This document shows, in pieces, positions 22,884-34,227 of a stretch of 64,000 nucleotides of DNA; within the stretch, counting starts at the first letter, position 1, and every line of letters starts with the position of its first letter. A program made the translations under genes and the position numbers. The notes under the pieces were generated by a model. The model was given only the letters and a program-made list of their open reading frames with translations, did no database searches and was not told the origin of the DNA. This DNA is from Amoebophrya sp. A120 (taxonomy: Eukaryota > Protista > Dinoflagellata). The stretch covers positions 2,422,281-2,486,280 of the forward strand of contig CAJINV010000013.1 in the NCBI GenBank assembly GCA_905178155.1, read 5' to 3'.

Positions 22884-24493
22884 ATGAGTCTTTCGTCGAG
22901 GTACCGGTTTGGGTGGTTCGCCGCAGTTCATCTCGCGCTGATTGCGGATCCTTATCATGGAGAAGAAGTGAGTGATATTCCTGAGTGCTGGTAGTCCTAT
23001 GAAAAAACTCAATTTGTCATGCGGAGTTGCCAATAGAGCTCTTGCACCAAAAAACACTCTCGGAGGCATGGAATTCAGTCGATTTTGGTTTGCCTTTTGC
23101 ATGAACAGGAAGAACACAGCAAATGCGCATGACAGAGGACTGCGCTTTTTCTTAGGTCTAAGTTGTACCAGCACTTTTCAAAAACACTCATTTGCCCTCT
23201 TTTATAATCCGGTCATCTTATCCAAAAAAACAATACCTACGTCCGCGCTGATGCACTTTGATGTCAGTCAACGCCAATAGTTTTTGGCTGTGAGAAAACT
23301 TTACTTACACCATTTTCAGCCTGGGTGATGTACTTACATGACCAAGCGGCAGGTTCTTGCATGTAATACAAGAGGCTGCCGCTTGGTGCACGGCCCTCAA
23401 CACTTGCAGCGCACGTCACAGCATTTTTACAGGACAACTTTTCGTCAGTGCGTGAGACGACGAGACAGCAAGTCGTGTCGACATCAAGGTACAGCAGCGC
23501 ACTTGGCACGGGTGAGCACTTTTTTTGCATCCTTCCTTTTCACTGCTGGCAAGGAAGTTTTGCGGCACGGAGACGCGCAGCCGGCTGGTGTATCCTCTGC
23601 AAAAGTATCGCACTCGTGGTAATTGCAGCACAAATCTCCACCTACTCCTGCTTAAACTGAATCAGCATATACAAATTCCGTTTGTCATCATGCTGAGCTG
23701 AAATTTGTATTGCAATTACATACTACTAGTACGATGCTTTTGCAATGCATATGGTGCATCGAACAACAATGAAAACAAGCTGCAGAAAAGAACCGGCGTG
23801 AGTCAGGAGCCATCAACATCCCCCTCCACCAGAAAGAAGCGGACGGTCTCCGTCGATCATGCTGCCGTAACGGATCATGGAGGCCAAGGCGCGGGTGAAA
23901 ATGCAGCGCAGCGTTACGCGACTGGTGCACACGTTCATCTGGGGAAAATATGCATTGCAAATATATCTGGGTTCGGAAACTTGTGATGCTGGGTGGTGTG
24001 GTATCATGAGGAGGCCACAAGTGCTGGCTCAGCATGACAAGTTTCTGAACTTCTAGGCGTTGCATACTTATTCTGCGCGACAAAGTGCGTTTCTGCATGA
24101 CAGAAAAATGGAGCTCTTGGGTGACGGGCATGACAGATTTAAGAGCCATGCCAGACAAGCATGACAAACATGCACTCTTCCAGACCCAGACATATTTGCA
24201 CTTGATAGAAAACCACGGCGGACGATTTGCAGGAAGAAGACGGAGAACCTAACGGCGACGACGCGACCGACGAACCGTCGTCGCAGCACGACCAAGATCT
24301 TCTCCTCGACACGAATTTCCTGCAACCGAACGCGTATTCGCCAGCTCCAGCTGCAATCCCCGGCGTTACTGTACCGCCACCAGTTGCCGATATGAATCAC
24401 CGGCCGGCGCCGCCCAGACCCAGCATGAGATTAAAGCTTGCCAGCCTGTTAAGATATCGGGCGTTTAAGTTCGAAATACGTGGCGCGGATTAA
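22884..24493 (+). CDS. Hypothetical protein with signal-like N-terminus, >=5 exons including a ~7-nt micro-exon
   Basis: Removing four introners gives MSLSSRYRFGWFAAVHLALIADPVIFFTAGKEVLRHGDAQPAGASNNNENK...LGKTTADDLQEEDG in one frame; 3' end uncertain. Confidence 0.6.
22953..23206. mobile_element. Introner
   Basis: TATCAT..TGAGTG / CACTCA..TTATA; flanks ATCCT/ATCCG. Confidence 0.7.
23219..23531. mobile_element. Introner
   Basis: TATCCAAAAAA..GCGCTGATGCACTTTGATGTC / GACATCAAGGTACAGCAGCGC..TTTTTTGCATC; flanks CATCT/CTTCC. Confidence 0.7.
23591..23751. mobile_element. Introner
   Basis: TATCCTCTGCAAAAGTATCG / CGATGCTTTTGCAATGCATA; perfect TSD TGGTG. Confidence 0.9.
23949..24207. mobile_element. 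Introner, family A
   Basis: Perfect TSD GAAAA; TGCAAATATATCTGGGT / ACCCAGACATATTTGCA. Confidence 0.9.
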
Positions 24494-24509
24494 CCTGCTC
24501 GTGGAGAGT

Positions 24510-25375
24510 CTGAAAGCCTCGGAATTTTGTAGCCGAGGCAAGTGCCTCAACTCCCACGAAGGCTGTGTTCCGTCGCCCTGTTGGCCAACGCTCTTGCAAT
24601 ACGAACAAGAAACGCACTCGGTTTGTCATGCGCAGGGCCTTTCCGTAACTTTTTGCCGTTTGCCGGCAACGTTGCAAGCTGGGGACGAATCGGATCTATG
24701 TAGCGCAAGTCGCTGCTGTTCTTCCGAACGCAGCCCCTGTGACGAGCACGATGCTACTCGTGCGTGACAAATGAATCTGCGAATTTTCCAGCTGAGGCAA
24801 GTGCCTCAACTTCCGTTCAAGGGTTTTGTCATGGAGGAACGCGAGATGATTCGTGCATGACAAATCTCCGAATTTGGAAGTTAAGGCAAGTGCCTCAACT
24901 TCCGCCTACGAGCCTTGTCATGCACGAACACGAGGAGGCTCGTGCATGACAAATCTCCGGACTTGGAAGTTGAGGCACGAGCCACCTCGTCGTGTTCGTA
25001 CGCGTCAAAGGCCGTGAACGGCAGTTGAGGCACTTGCCTCAACTTCCAACTTGCTTCCGAGGTTTGTCATGCGCAAGAAGCTTCTTTCAAGTCCCGTTCG
25101 CGGCCTTAGGCATGTACGAGGGATCGGGAGCGTGACGTGGTTCGTGCATGACAAACCTGGTACTTTTGGAGTTGAAGAAAGTGCCTCAACTCTCGTGCCG
25201 GGCCTGTGTCATGCCCTTTCTGGACATTGTTCCTGCATGACAAACCTCCGAATTCGGAAGCTGAGGCGCCAACGCCTCAATTCTCGGCCCGACCCTTTAT
25301 TGTCATGCACGAGCGCGACGTTGTTCGTGCATGATAAGTCTGGGAATTTAGAAGCTGAGGCAGGTCGTGCCAAGT
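24510..25375. repeat. Degenerate tandem array of ~90-bp units, each with a hairpin core
   Basis: AG(T/C)TGAGGCAAGTGCCTCAACT-like core at ~24531, 24790, 24880, 24968, 25023, 25170, 25260, 25353, flanked by GCATGACAAA / TTGTCATG. Confidence 0.75.
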
Positions 25376-25923
25376 GCACGGGAGTTGGGGTTTGACAATG
25401 ACTTCCTAGAGGGCGCCTTTTGAGCCGACTGGCTCACCTGGGTTTCGCGGGCTATGGAGGGGCGCTCCAGGTGCTATTCCAGGCATGCGCTGCTGGTGTA
25501 GCGCTCCATCTGTCACTTCACTGCCGTGCGCTTTTGTTCAAGCAGTTGCCCTGTGCCCAGCTGCAGCGAGCGCGCGCCGCCCGAAGGTGCCGCCAGACAC
25601 CGGCGGCGCTACTTACTTACACGCCTCTTATTTCATACTTACGCAGCCCCACTCTTAACAGATAGGCAAGCTCTAAGCATGGAAGTGCCTTTTATTTTGT
25701 TTTCTTTTTTTGGTAGCTAAAGATATCACAGTACCAAAGAAGTCACTTGCGTCATGTTGTTTTCTTTTTTTTGTTTTCTGCTTTTTTTTCTAAATGAGAC
25801 AAAGAGCCCTTCCCTAATTTCTCTACGCGAGAAGTGCATTGAAAGAGTTTTCTCATTGCGCGTTCTATTCTGTGTTTTCGTGGTCTGGGTGTTGAGAAAC
25901 CTGAACCTTTTGGAACCCAGCGC

Positions 25924-26928
25924 TTGTTCGGGGCCAATCCAAGTCCGGACCGGGCCGACGGGCCCACGGTGCTATACGAACAGTATGGCGACACCCTTTA
26001 TCCTGAGGAAGAGGAAGAGCACCTCGACGGAAGAAGCGTGGTCCCTGATGGGCTGCGCCAAGATACAGGCAGAACGCGACGACGCAGGGCGAGACCACTT
26101 GACGACGGGGAGCCCACCGACGGCGAGTGTATGGCTGTGAGGTGAGCGTGCAAGCGTGTGTGCAGAGTTGCTTTTCTTGCGCGCGCGCGCGAACGCACGC
26201 ACGGACTTTTGCCCGAGCGCGCGCGTGCGAAACTGCATTCTTGCGCACGCGCGCAAGATCGCGGGCACCGGAACCACGAGTGTGCGTGCGTTCGCGCGCG
26301 CAAGAACGCAGCTCCGCGCGCACGCGCTCGCGCAAATATCCGCGCGTGCGCAAGACACGCAACTTCGCTCGCACGCCCGCACACCCACCTCACACCCGTA
26401 CATTTTGGCCCTACACCCGAATCGAAGACCAAGAAAGCGCTGTTTCCTGCTCCGATTGCTGGTGCCCTTCTTGTTTGACTCGCTGGTTTGGGAGCGGAGC
26501 AAGCAGAAGCACGTCGTTCCTGGACACGGGTGCCGACGAAACGGCGGGCAGCCACGACACGCATGCAACCCGCAAAAAGCACGACGGGTCGGAAATGGGC
26601 AAGAAAATAGACAAGCTGCAGCACCAGAGCAACAAAACAGAATTTGCCAACAGCAACAACGCGACCACCAAGCCAGCCACACATGCATCGATCCATCCAT
26701 CCATCCATCCATCCATCCATTCATCCACACGTTGCAAACCGATACGATCTTTACGTCGCTGTTTGTCGAGGGTGACTCGTTGAAAGCCGACCTGGGGGCG
26801 GCCTTGGAAATTGAGGCGGAGAAGAAGTTCCTGGAGGAGAAGTTGGCGCGTCTGGGGGCCGCGAAGCGAATGCTGGAAAAGAAGTTCGCGCAAAAAGGGC
26901 TCTCCTTGTACTCGGCGCTTGCGGGGAC
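25924..26928 (+). CDS. Exons of a hypothetical protein (boundaries unresolved)
   Basis: Protein-like segments LYEQYGDTLYPEEEEEHLD, WPYTRIEDQESAVSCSDCWCPSC and KADLGAALEIEAEKKFLEEKLARL, separated by repeat elements. Confidence 0.4.
26130..26400. mobile_element. Fold-back introner-like element with alternating (GC/GT)n interior
   Basis: TATGGCTGTGAGGTG..GAGTTGC / GCAACTTC..CACCTCACACCCGTA; no clear TSD. Confidence 0.65.
26692..26727. repeat. (CCAT)n microsatellite
   Basis: ATCC tetramer run, ~8 copies with one variant. Confidence 0.9.
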
Positions 26929-27208
26929 TAGGCATTGGAAATATGTCTGTGTCGGGAAGAGTGCAACTTGTGAGGCTGGCTTAGAGTTCTACTAAAGCAA
27001 TCTGTATTGCATGAGCAGCAAGAGGAGTACAGGCGTTGCTATGCGAAGAGGGCACTTGTCATGCAGGATAGGCATCAAGAATCTCAATCTCGCAAAAAAT
27101 GTGTGATGCTAGGGCACACCTCACGGAGGCAGAGCACATCATGGGTCATGCAAAATATGCATGAAAAACGTTGCACCTATGTAGACCCAGACATCTTTGC
27201 ATTTGATG
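26929..27208. mobile_element. Introner, family A
   Basis: ATATGTCTGTGTCGGGAAGA / GACCCAGACATC; interior colinear with 41919-42183. Confidence 0.75.
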
Positions 27209-28270
27209 GAATTGGAGGCAGTGCAAAAGTCTCGTATAACTGTGCTCCGGCGGAATTATATTTTTGTGCAGGTTTCACAGGCGTCGACGCACGCTCACAC
27301 GAACACGCTTTTAGAAGTTTCTGCGTCACAGTTTTGGTAGTTGAAATATGGAAGGGTCCTGTTTGGTGGATGGTATGTAGTGAGGTCACGAACGTTCTAA
27401 TCTAGCGATCTTTTTGACATGTCTCATCCAAAACGACCGGCAGTTTTCAAGTGGCCGGAGGTGTTTTTGAGCATAAAAGATTTCCATTTATCAAGCGGCC
27501 GAGGCTTTGTTGTCAAAAAAGCCCGAGCCAATTCTATCGATTCACGCTTGATAAAACGACGCAGCGGAGCCGGCAAAAGGGGTGCCCTTCTGGGGCGCCC
27601 GCCGCATCTGTTTCCGTCGATTTGGGGCGCCCAAAAAGGGGCGCCCAAAAAGCAGCACTCCGGAAAAAACAGCGAATCCGGATAGTATGGGCCTCATTTT
27701 GGCCCACATTCGGGCCTCGCAAAAGACACCACCAAAATCCGCCACTTCAGAGGCGGACTGAAGGCCAGAAGATGCGGCATTTTGCCAAAAAAAAACAAAA
27801 AAACAAAGTCCGCCAAAAGCAAAAAGCCAATCCGCATGCTATGGGCCCGATTTGGGGATCCCAAGGGTCTGTCCTTGGCGCGGGCCCTTGCGGGGCCATA
27901 GCATGCGGGGAAGGTTTTTCGATTCGAAACCAAATGGAGGCCAGCCCTGGAGTGAGATTTTTAGCGATCGCCGTGCCGTCGTGCATAACATTACTCACGA
28001 TGGCACGGTGGGCAGAGAAGTTGCGTCTTTTTTGGCGTAAAGGCAAAAAGACCGCCATGACCTCACTACCTCCGCGGACGCGGCTATTATTGGTAGTGGT
28101 GCATCTGCATGTTTATATTTGTCACCGGCTGCCTTCTTTTACCTTTTAGCTTTGGTCTGGTGAAGAACAGCGCGGAAACATAGTCGTGACCCATCGCGAC
28201 AACATCGAAAACTCTTGCAGTGAAAAACGCAACTGGTTAAAAAATGCATCTTAAGTAAGTAGTGATCTTA

Positions 28271-28972
28271 ATGTTTGAGAATTTTTTTCCCTCAGGTACT
28301 TGGAACGTTTTAAGGCGGGCCACGAACGATGCCACGAACCCGTTTGCTGGCTCGGTCGGAACAACTGCTGCTGGCTCCATCGAAGAGAAGCACCTCGACC
28401 ATGGCTCGCCCCAGGAAAAACCGACGAAAGCCGTATCAAGGGAAAAAAATTCCTCCTACCCCGCAGGGGGGCGATGTGAGCAATATGTTGTACCTGCAAC
28501 ACAAGTAGATCATCTCTTTGTTCATCGGTACAGCACGATCACAAAGACAAATGTACATTGTTGCGTCCTACTCCTACGTATTTTTGGCTGTTCTCATGAA
28601 GTCCTCAGCGCACAACCGCAGAGAATGCGTAGTACATGACGAGGAGGTCGTTTCGACACAAGCCAGGACCATCTGTCACTTTCTTCTTGCATCCTCCGCC
28701 ATTATGTGCGCAAATCTCTGGTCGCAAAAAAAATCGAGTAGTTTCCTAAAAATGCATGATCGGGAGAAATTTTTCTGCTTTGATAGCAAGAGCAGAAACA
28801 AGGGGCGACGGGTGATGCGAAATATCGAGGGAACATATTAGTTGATCTTCCAGACGAGACCGATCCTAACCCTAGAGGAAACATGTTTGCAGACGTTTGT
28901 TGCGCTGCTTCGAATTCCTCTTTGACCTACAATGCGACCATGACCGGGCAAGGTCGAGCGACTTTTTTTTAA
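28271..28972 (+). CDS. Small hypothetical protein (5' end uncertain)
   Basis: Removing 28434-28790 gives ...EKPTKAEQKQG...DETDPNPRGNMFADVCCAASN...YNATMTG..FF*. Confidence 0.45.
28434..28785. mobile_element. Introner, family C-like
   Basis: TATCAAGGGAAAAAAATTCCTCC / GGAGAAATTTTTCTGCTTTGATA; flanks diverged. Confidence 0.75.
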
Positions 28973-31550
28973 TGCTGGCTCCGTCCATGACAGACAGGCT
29001 ACTAACTTTGACTTTCGTCAATCCTGTTCAATAGAGAAACTCGTGTGAAAGTCAAGCCCACACCATCAGCGATCGCACATGGTCCAAAGCCGGTCTTATC
29101 TGCAAATGCAATTTTTTGTTTAGTGTTTCCATAAAAACAAGGCGTCGATGAAGGTGCAGGTGAAGGATGATCACGCGAAGGACCAAAGCGCGATCTACTC
29201 CTGAGGAGGAAACTGCAGGTAGGAGCAGTACGCGAAGACGTCTTTTTTGATTCAAGCTACTGAAAGCAAAGTCGGACTGAGTTTGTTGAAGAGAAATTGT
29301 GTTGGTTTTCCACCCTCATAAATGTAATCTTCAGGTCGAAGAGGAAGAGGGTTTCACACTTCCGAGAGTGATAAGAACCCGACCCGACTGGAAGCGCCTC
29401 ACACTCCTGACTTTGATCGATCATTGCAAAACTCAACACGTGGTATGATGCAGTTCGAAGCAGTAGCTGCAGGAAGATGCGCGCACTAGTTTTACTGTTC
29501 TTGTAATATGAGCTAGTGTGTGTGCTGACTTTGGTCGATCATTGAATGAGGCGTGTCGTGACTGACTCAGTTGTCCTGTTATTCAGAGCAGTAACTGTAT
29601 GAAGACGCGCGCACTTTGCTTGCAGCTAGTGCAGCAGGGCTTCAGGGTTTACTGTCGTCAATCGGGTTCTAGGGTTTAGAACTTTCTTTAGTTTCATCTT
29701 TTTCACTCATTTGTTGTAATTGTAAGGCTACTACGGAACCCTGAACGAGACGGATTACGAACAAAGCTGCGCAGAGTTCATGCCGCATAAGTAAAACGAT
29801 AACGAAGCAACTTATAAATCAAGCTTTATGATTAAGAACCATCAAGTGGTCGGAAGATAATATTTTTTTGAAGTGCTGGTTGGAAGTAGAATTCATCACA
29901 TTCACAAGCCAAGAGTGGCTTTGCACATCAGAGAAGATATCAACACAGGCCAAGAAGTGGACATAAAATGTTTCGCAAAGAGTGCCTCTGCGCAGGCGAA
30001 AGCCAGACACGGACAAAATTGTTATCTTGCTGAACGGGGCAAAGCTACCGCCTCTCAACTTTGCTACTCATTGCTGCTGTTTACTGTTCTAGCCCGTTGC
30101 CTAGGTGTCGGTGTGTCTGTGTGTGCGAAAAAATATCTGGCACAAGTTGGATTTTGAGAGCAGCGCGAAAAAGGAAATATCTGGCACAAGTGCGAAAAAA
30201 AACCTTTTCTTACCCAAGAAGTTCTATTTTGAGAGCAGGCGAGGGCGAGAGTCCGGCGCCGAGGTGGGCGGAGAGATTGCCCACGCCGGGCCGCGTGGGC
30301 GGATGCGCATCGGAGGGCCCGCCCTGTCGCGGCCACGCGAGAGACGCCGGGCGGAATGAGTGGCCTCGCACGTTGAAACCTGGCGAGGCGGTAAAAACGG
30401 GGCCCGGGTCTACAGGCTCGGCCAAATCCGGACGCCCCGAGTCTGCGACGGCGCCCCTGCAGCGTGTTCCCGGATTGGCCCGGTCGCCTTGTCTCTGGCC
30501 CAGTGTGTGAGTGTCTTGCCTCCTCCCCCCAATCAATGGGCGGGGCGCCCCGGTTTGGGGGGGCGCGCGCACGGTTGGCAGGAGGCAGCCAGGCGCGGCG
30601 AAAGGTGTGCGCCTTCCTTCGAGGGCGTCGGTCGATCCATCCTCGCGCCGTTTGCCCCTTGTGTGTCTGTGGCGGGCGCCTTCGCCCAGCGCCCGGCCGG
30701 CCTCGGGCAGCGTGTCTGATGGCCAAGCTTTCGCGCGCCTTCCTAGGCAGTTCCTGGCGCGCGCGTGCCCCGCCCCGGCGCCGGCCCAGAGCGAGCAAGC
30801 ATGTCGGAATGCAGTGGCGCCCTACAATTTTGATAGTTTGGGCCGCTCTCCGCCCATTTTTGTCATGTGCTGGCCCAGCGGTGTTTTGTCATTTGAACTT
30901 TGCCGCCCAATCTAGAACAAGTGAAGAAAGCGCGTGGGCATGTGGAGGGCGGTTTTCGCCACTTTCTACTGACTCGTATGCTCAAGCACATCTTCATCTT
31001 CTCTTCTTCGACTCGGCGTGTTTTTGTACACTTATTCTCGACACCAGACGAGAGCCATTGTTTAAAGTGATTTTCGTTCGGAGGATGGAGCAGCGAGAGT
31101 GAAATAGTCCAGAGTGCAAGATTACAACCATAACGGGGGGTCTACTCATCGGCTTCAGAACTTTTTGAAAACTTTTTGAAAACTTTTGAAAACAGAGAAA
31201 AGCGATGACGCGAAACCACCAAGGTCCGACGCCCTTTTTTGGCGGCGTGCCGTCGTGTTTCGTGGTCATATATGCTGACCGCTAAAAGGCGCGCGCGCTG
31301 CCGTCGGTCACACGTGAACCACGGGCGGAATACTCTCCGCAGACTTGTAATCTCTTGCGCGTTTGAACAGCGTGCCGCCCAAACAGGGCCGCGTCATTGA
31401 TATATGTAGTCACGCATGACAAGGCTTCGATCCACCCCTTCGCGTTTCGCCTAGGGGCAAACGCACTCGGGTGGCCGTGCTGTTTATTTGACCGAGGGAC
31501 AAGCGCACTCGGGTGGCCATGGGGCCTGCCCTCCTCCTTTTCGCCTGGCA

Positions 31551-31629
31551 GGGTCTAGGGTAGTTTAGGGCTTGGCCCTCCTCCTTTTCGCAGGGCTTGG
31601 GTTTAGGGTTTGGGGTTTAGGGCCTAGGG
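31551..31629 (+). repeat. Interstitial telomere-like (TTTAGGG) repeats
   Basis: TCTAGGG, TTTAGGG, CTTGGG-TTTAGGG-TTTGGGG-TTTAGGG-CCTAGGG. Confidence 0.6.
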
Positions 31630-32084
31630 CCTCGGTTCTCAGGCGCAGCGCGCCGGCCTTGAGAAGCGTGTCTGGAGAGATCCAGGGGGTGCGCCCCTGC
31701 GCCGCGTTGCGTACGTTTGTAATTTGCACAAGAAAAAGTGGCGCAGCCGAAGAAGCAAGCTCTGACTTCTGTTGCCTTTTTGGCGCCTGTTCTGACCCCA
31801 GGCACGGCGGCACGCTGCCAGAAAGGAGCGAGACTGTTGAGTCTTCAAAAAGTACAAAAGAAGCGCGACAGACACGAAGCAGGGTGGCACTGCCTGCGAA
31901 ATAGGCAAAGCTCACGGCTCAGGTTTGTTAGTCTTTGCGGCGCCGTGCCGTCGTGTTTCGTGGTCATATACGTTGACCGATAAAAGGCGCGCGCGCTGCC
32001 TTCGGTCACACGTGAATCGCGGGCGGAATCCTCTCGGCAGATTTTCAATTTATTACGCGCTTGAATGGCGTTCCTTCCTGTTTC

Positions 32085-33400
32085 GTGATAGATTTTGACC
32101 CCGGAGCCGGGGCGAAAAGTTGGGTATTTTGCATGCGGCGAATAACGTGGGTGGTAACTTTATCCACGGCGGCACCGCGTAGGCAAAAAAACGCGTTTTT
32201 CCAACTTCTGCTCGAATTCTGAGGCAAAGCGCGGGCTGTGCGTCCATTTTGAAAAGTTTTTTTTTTGCACTTTTGCACTATATGCGAAAAACCAAAACCG
32301 ATGGCAGTATGCCGCTTTTCTGGCCCTCAAGAAAACGAATCCCGAGCTAATTTCCGAAAAAAAAAACTTTTAAAAAACTTTTTAAAAACTTTCATTTGGG
32401 GCACCAAAACCGTGCCGGTTTCAAGCAGAATCCGCCGCGGGGAGCTTCGAGAAGGGAGGCCAGAAAAAAAGTTTTTTCGGGTTTTTTTCGGGCTCATTTC
32501 GGGCTCACCGAAATAGCACAGGAAAAAAGTCGCACTTTTTGGCCTCCGCCGTACCACCGTGCCAAAGTCAGCACTGCTCCAGCGCCGATGGTATGCTGGT
32601 GGTGTTTTTTTGTTATTTTTTGTCAATGCCGGCACTTTTGCGTCTGGGTCAAGCTTTTGGATTTTTTGGTACTAAAAGTAGCTTGGGCGATGAAGGAAAA
32701 GCTAGAAGCTGAGTTTAGTACTGGACTCTGGATGAGTTGGAGTCGGAGCTCGATGTTGGACGATGGGGCATCACTGCGCTTTTTTCTCGGCCTGATTTCG
32801 TGATAGGTTTGGACCCGGGGCCGGGGTGGGCTGCTGTGTGTTTTACATGCGAAGAATACCGCTGGCGGTAGCATTATCTATGCACGGCGGCGCGGCGTAG
32901 GGTAAAAAGCGCGAGCTCTCGACTTTTGCTCAAATTCTGAGGCAACGCGCGACCTGTGCGCCCACTTCAAAAAGTTTGCTTTGCGCTTTTTCGCTGTATC
33001 TGTAAAACCAGAAGAAACCGACAGCATGGCGCCACTTTCCTGACCTTCAAAAAAAAACTCCCGAGCTGATTCTGGGAAACAAAACTGTTGGAAAACTTTT
33101 CAAAAGCTTTCACTTGGGGCACCAAAACGGTGCCGGATTCAAGCAGAATCAGCAGCGGGAAGCTTCGGGAAGGGCGGCCAGATAAAAAGTTTTTTCGGGT
33201 TCGTTTCGGGCTCACCGAGGTAGCACAGTGGGAGCTTGCATTTTTTGGCCTCCGCCATACCACCGTGCCAAAATCAGCACTGTTCCAGCGCCGCTGTTAA
33301 TTATGTTGGTGGTGTTTTTTGTTATGTTTCGCCAATGCCGGCACTTTTGCGATGGAGGGGGTTCGTTGAGTCAAGCTTTTGGGTTTTTTGATGTTTGGTC
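32085..33400. repeat. Internal diverged direct duplication (~32085-32660 vs ~32797-33400)
   Basis: Shared blocks TTCGTGATAG..GACCC, TGGGGCACCAAAAC.GTGCCGG.TTCAAGCAGAATC, TACCACCGTGCCAAA.TCAGCACTG; also ~31243-31345 vs ~31938-32045. Confidence 0.85.
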
Positions 33401-34227
33401 TCCCTCTTTGATACTACGAACAGACAGCAAAGCTTTTCGGTCTTTTGCCTTGACCACGAAGCCCGCCGGTGTTGCAGGCTGAGCCACCAAGCTCGGCGCT
33501 GCCTCAACCTTCTCAGGTGCGGGCGTTTTTCACTGTGGCGGAGTGCGCAAACTGGGCACCCACGAAAAGCGCGGGACCCCATCGGTCACACTGGAACCGC
33601 GATGGCATGTTGGGGCTCGATCTCGTGTTGCTGTTGGCCGTGCAGTCATTGGCCACGAAGTTGCGCGGCAGCTTCTTTGACGAGCAGGCCGGCGGGAAAT
33701 TCAAAGTTTTCGAAAAGTTTTTGAAAGGTTCTGAAAGTTTAGCACAGACCCCCCGTTATGGTTGTAACAAGAGTGCGATACACATGAACAAAAGGAGAAG
33801 TGAGGTAACGCCTGTATATGGCTTCACTTTGACTGGTGACAGGTGAGGGCATGGAGGCGTTGTCCGATGTCAACTCGTTCTTCTGCATCGTTTTCGCTAA
33901 ATTTTTATGTATTAGGTGCACCATGTCAAGAACACTTCGTGTTCGTTCTTCGTTACATACTAGTTCATACTATCTTTTCGTCCTCGTAAATGCACTTCAC
34001 TCCACGTACAGATGCCAAGAAGCGTGCTCGTGCAACAAAAAAACAGTCCTGCTCGTTCGTTGGTTGCCGTAATTCGAAGCTTGACGCGGCACGAGAACAC
34101 ATCGACCACGCTCGGACAATTATTCAGGTTCATAAATACACCATACTCCATGTCAGACAGGAAAAAGGAATGGCACGCGCAGCTGAGGAATGTAGAATTT
34201 TTGAACAAAGGCAGAAACAACAAAACA

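Larger units (their letters stand above)
31122..33767. mobile_element. 2.65-kb non-autonomous TIR DNA transposon
   Basis: 22-bp perfect TIR TTACAACCATAACGGGGGGTCT extending into imperfect TTCAGAAC..GAAAAC subterminal repeats; perfect 5-bp TSD CAAGA (31117-21 / 33768-72); no credible transposase ORF. Confidence 0.9.

Noticed and set aside
24510-25375. CRISPR-like array
   Set aside because: Repeats are degenerate, the 'spacers' are homologous to each other, there are no cas genes, and the context is eukaryotic.
26396-26409. Relic dinoflagellate spliced leader (CCGTA-CATTTTGGC)
   Set aside because: Partial gapped match that overlaps a TIR end and is not upstream of a start codon; likely chance.
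30061-33724. Transposase among the ORFs in the repeat island
   Set aside because: Short, R/G/P/A- or K/F-biased ORFs arising from repeats; no catalytic motif visible.
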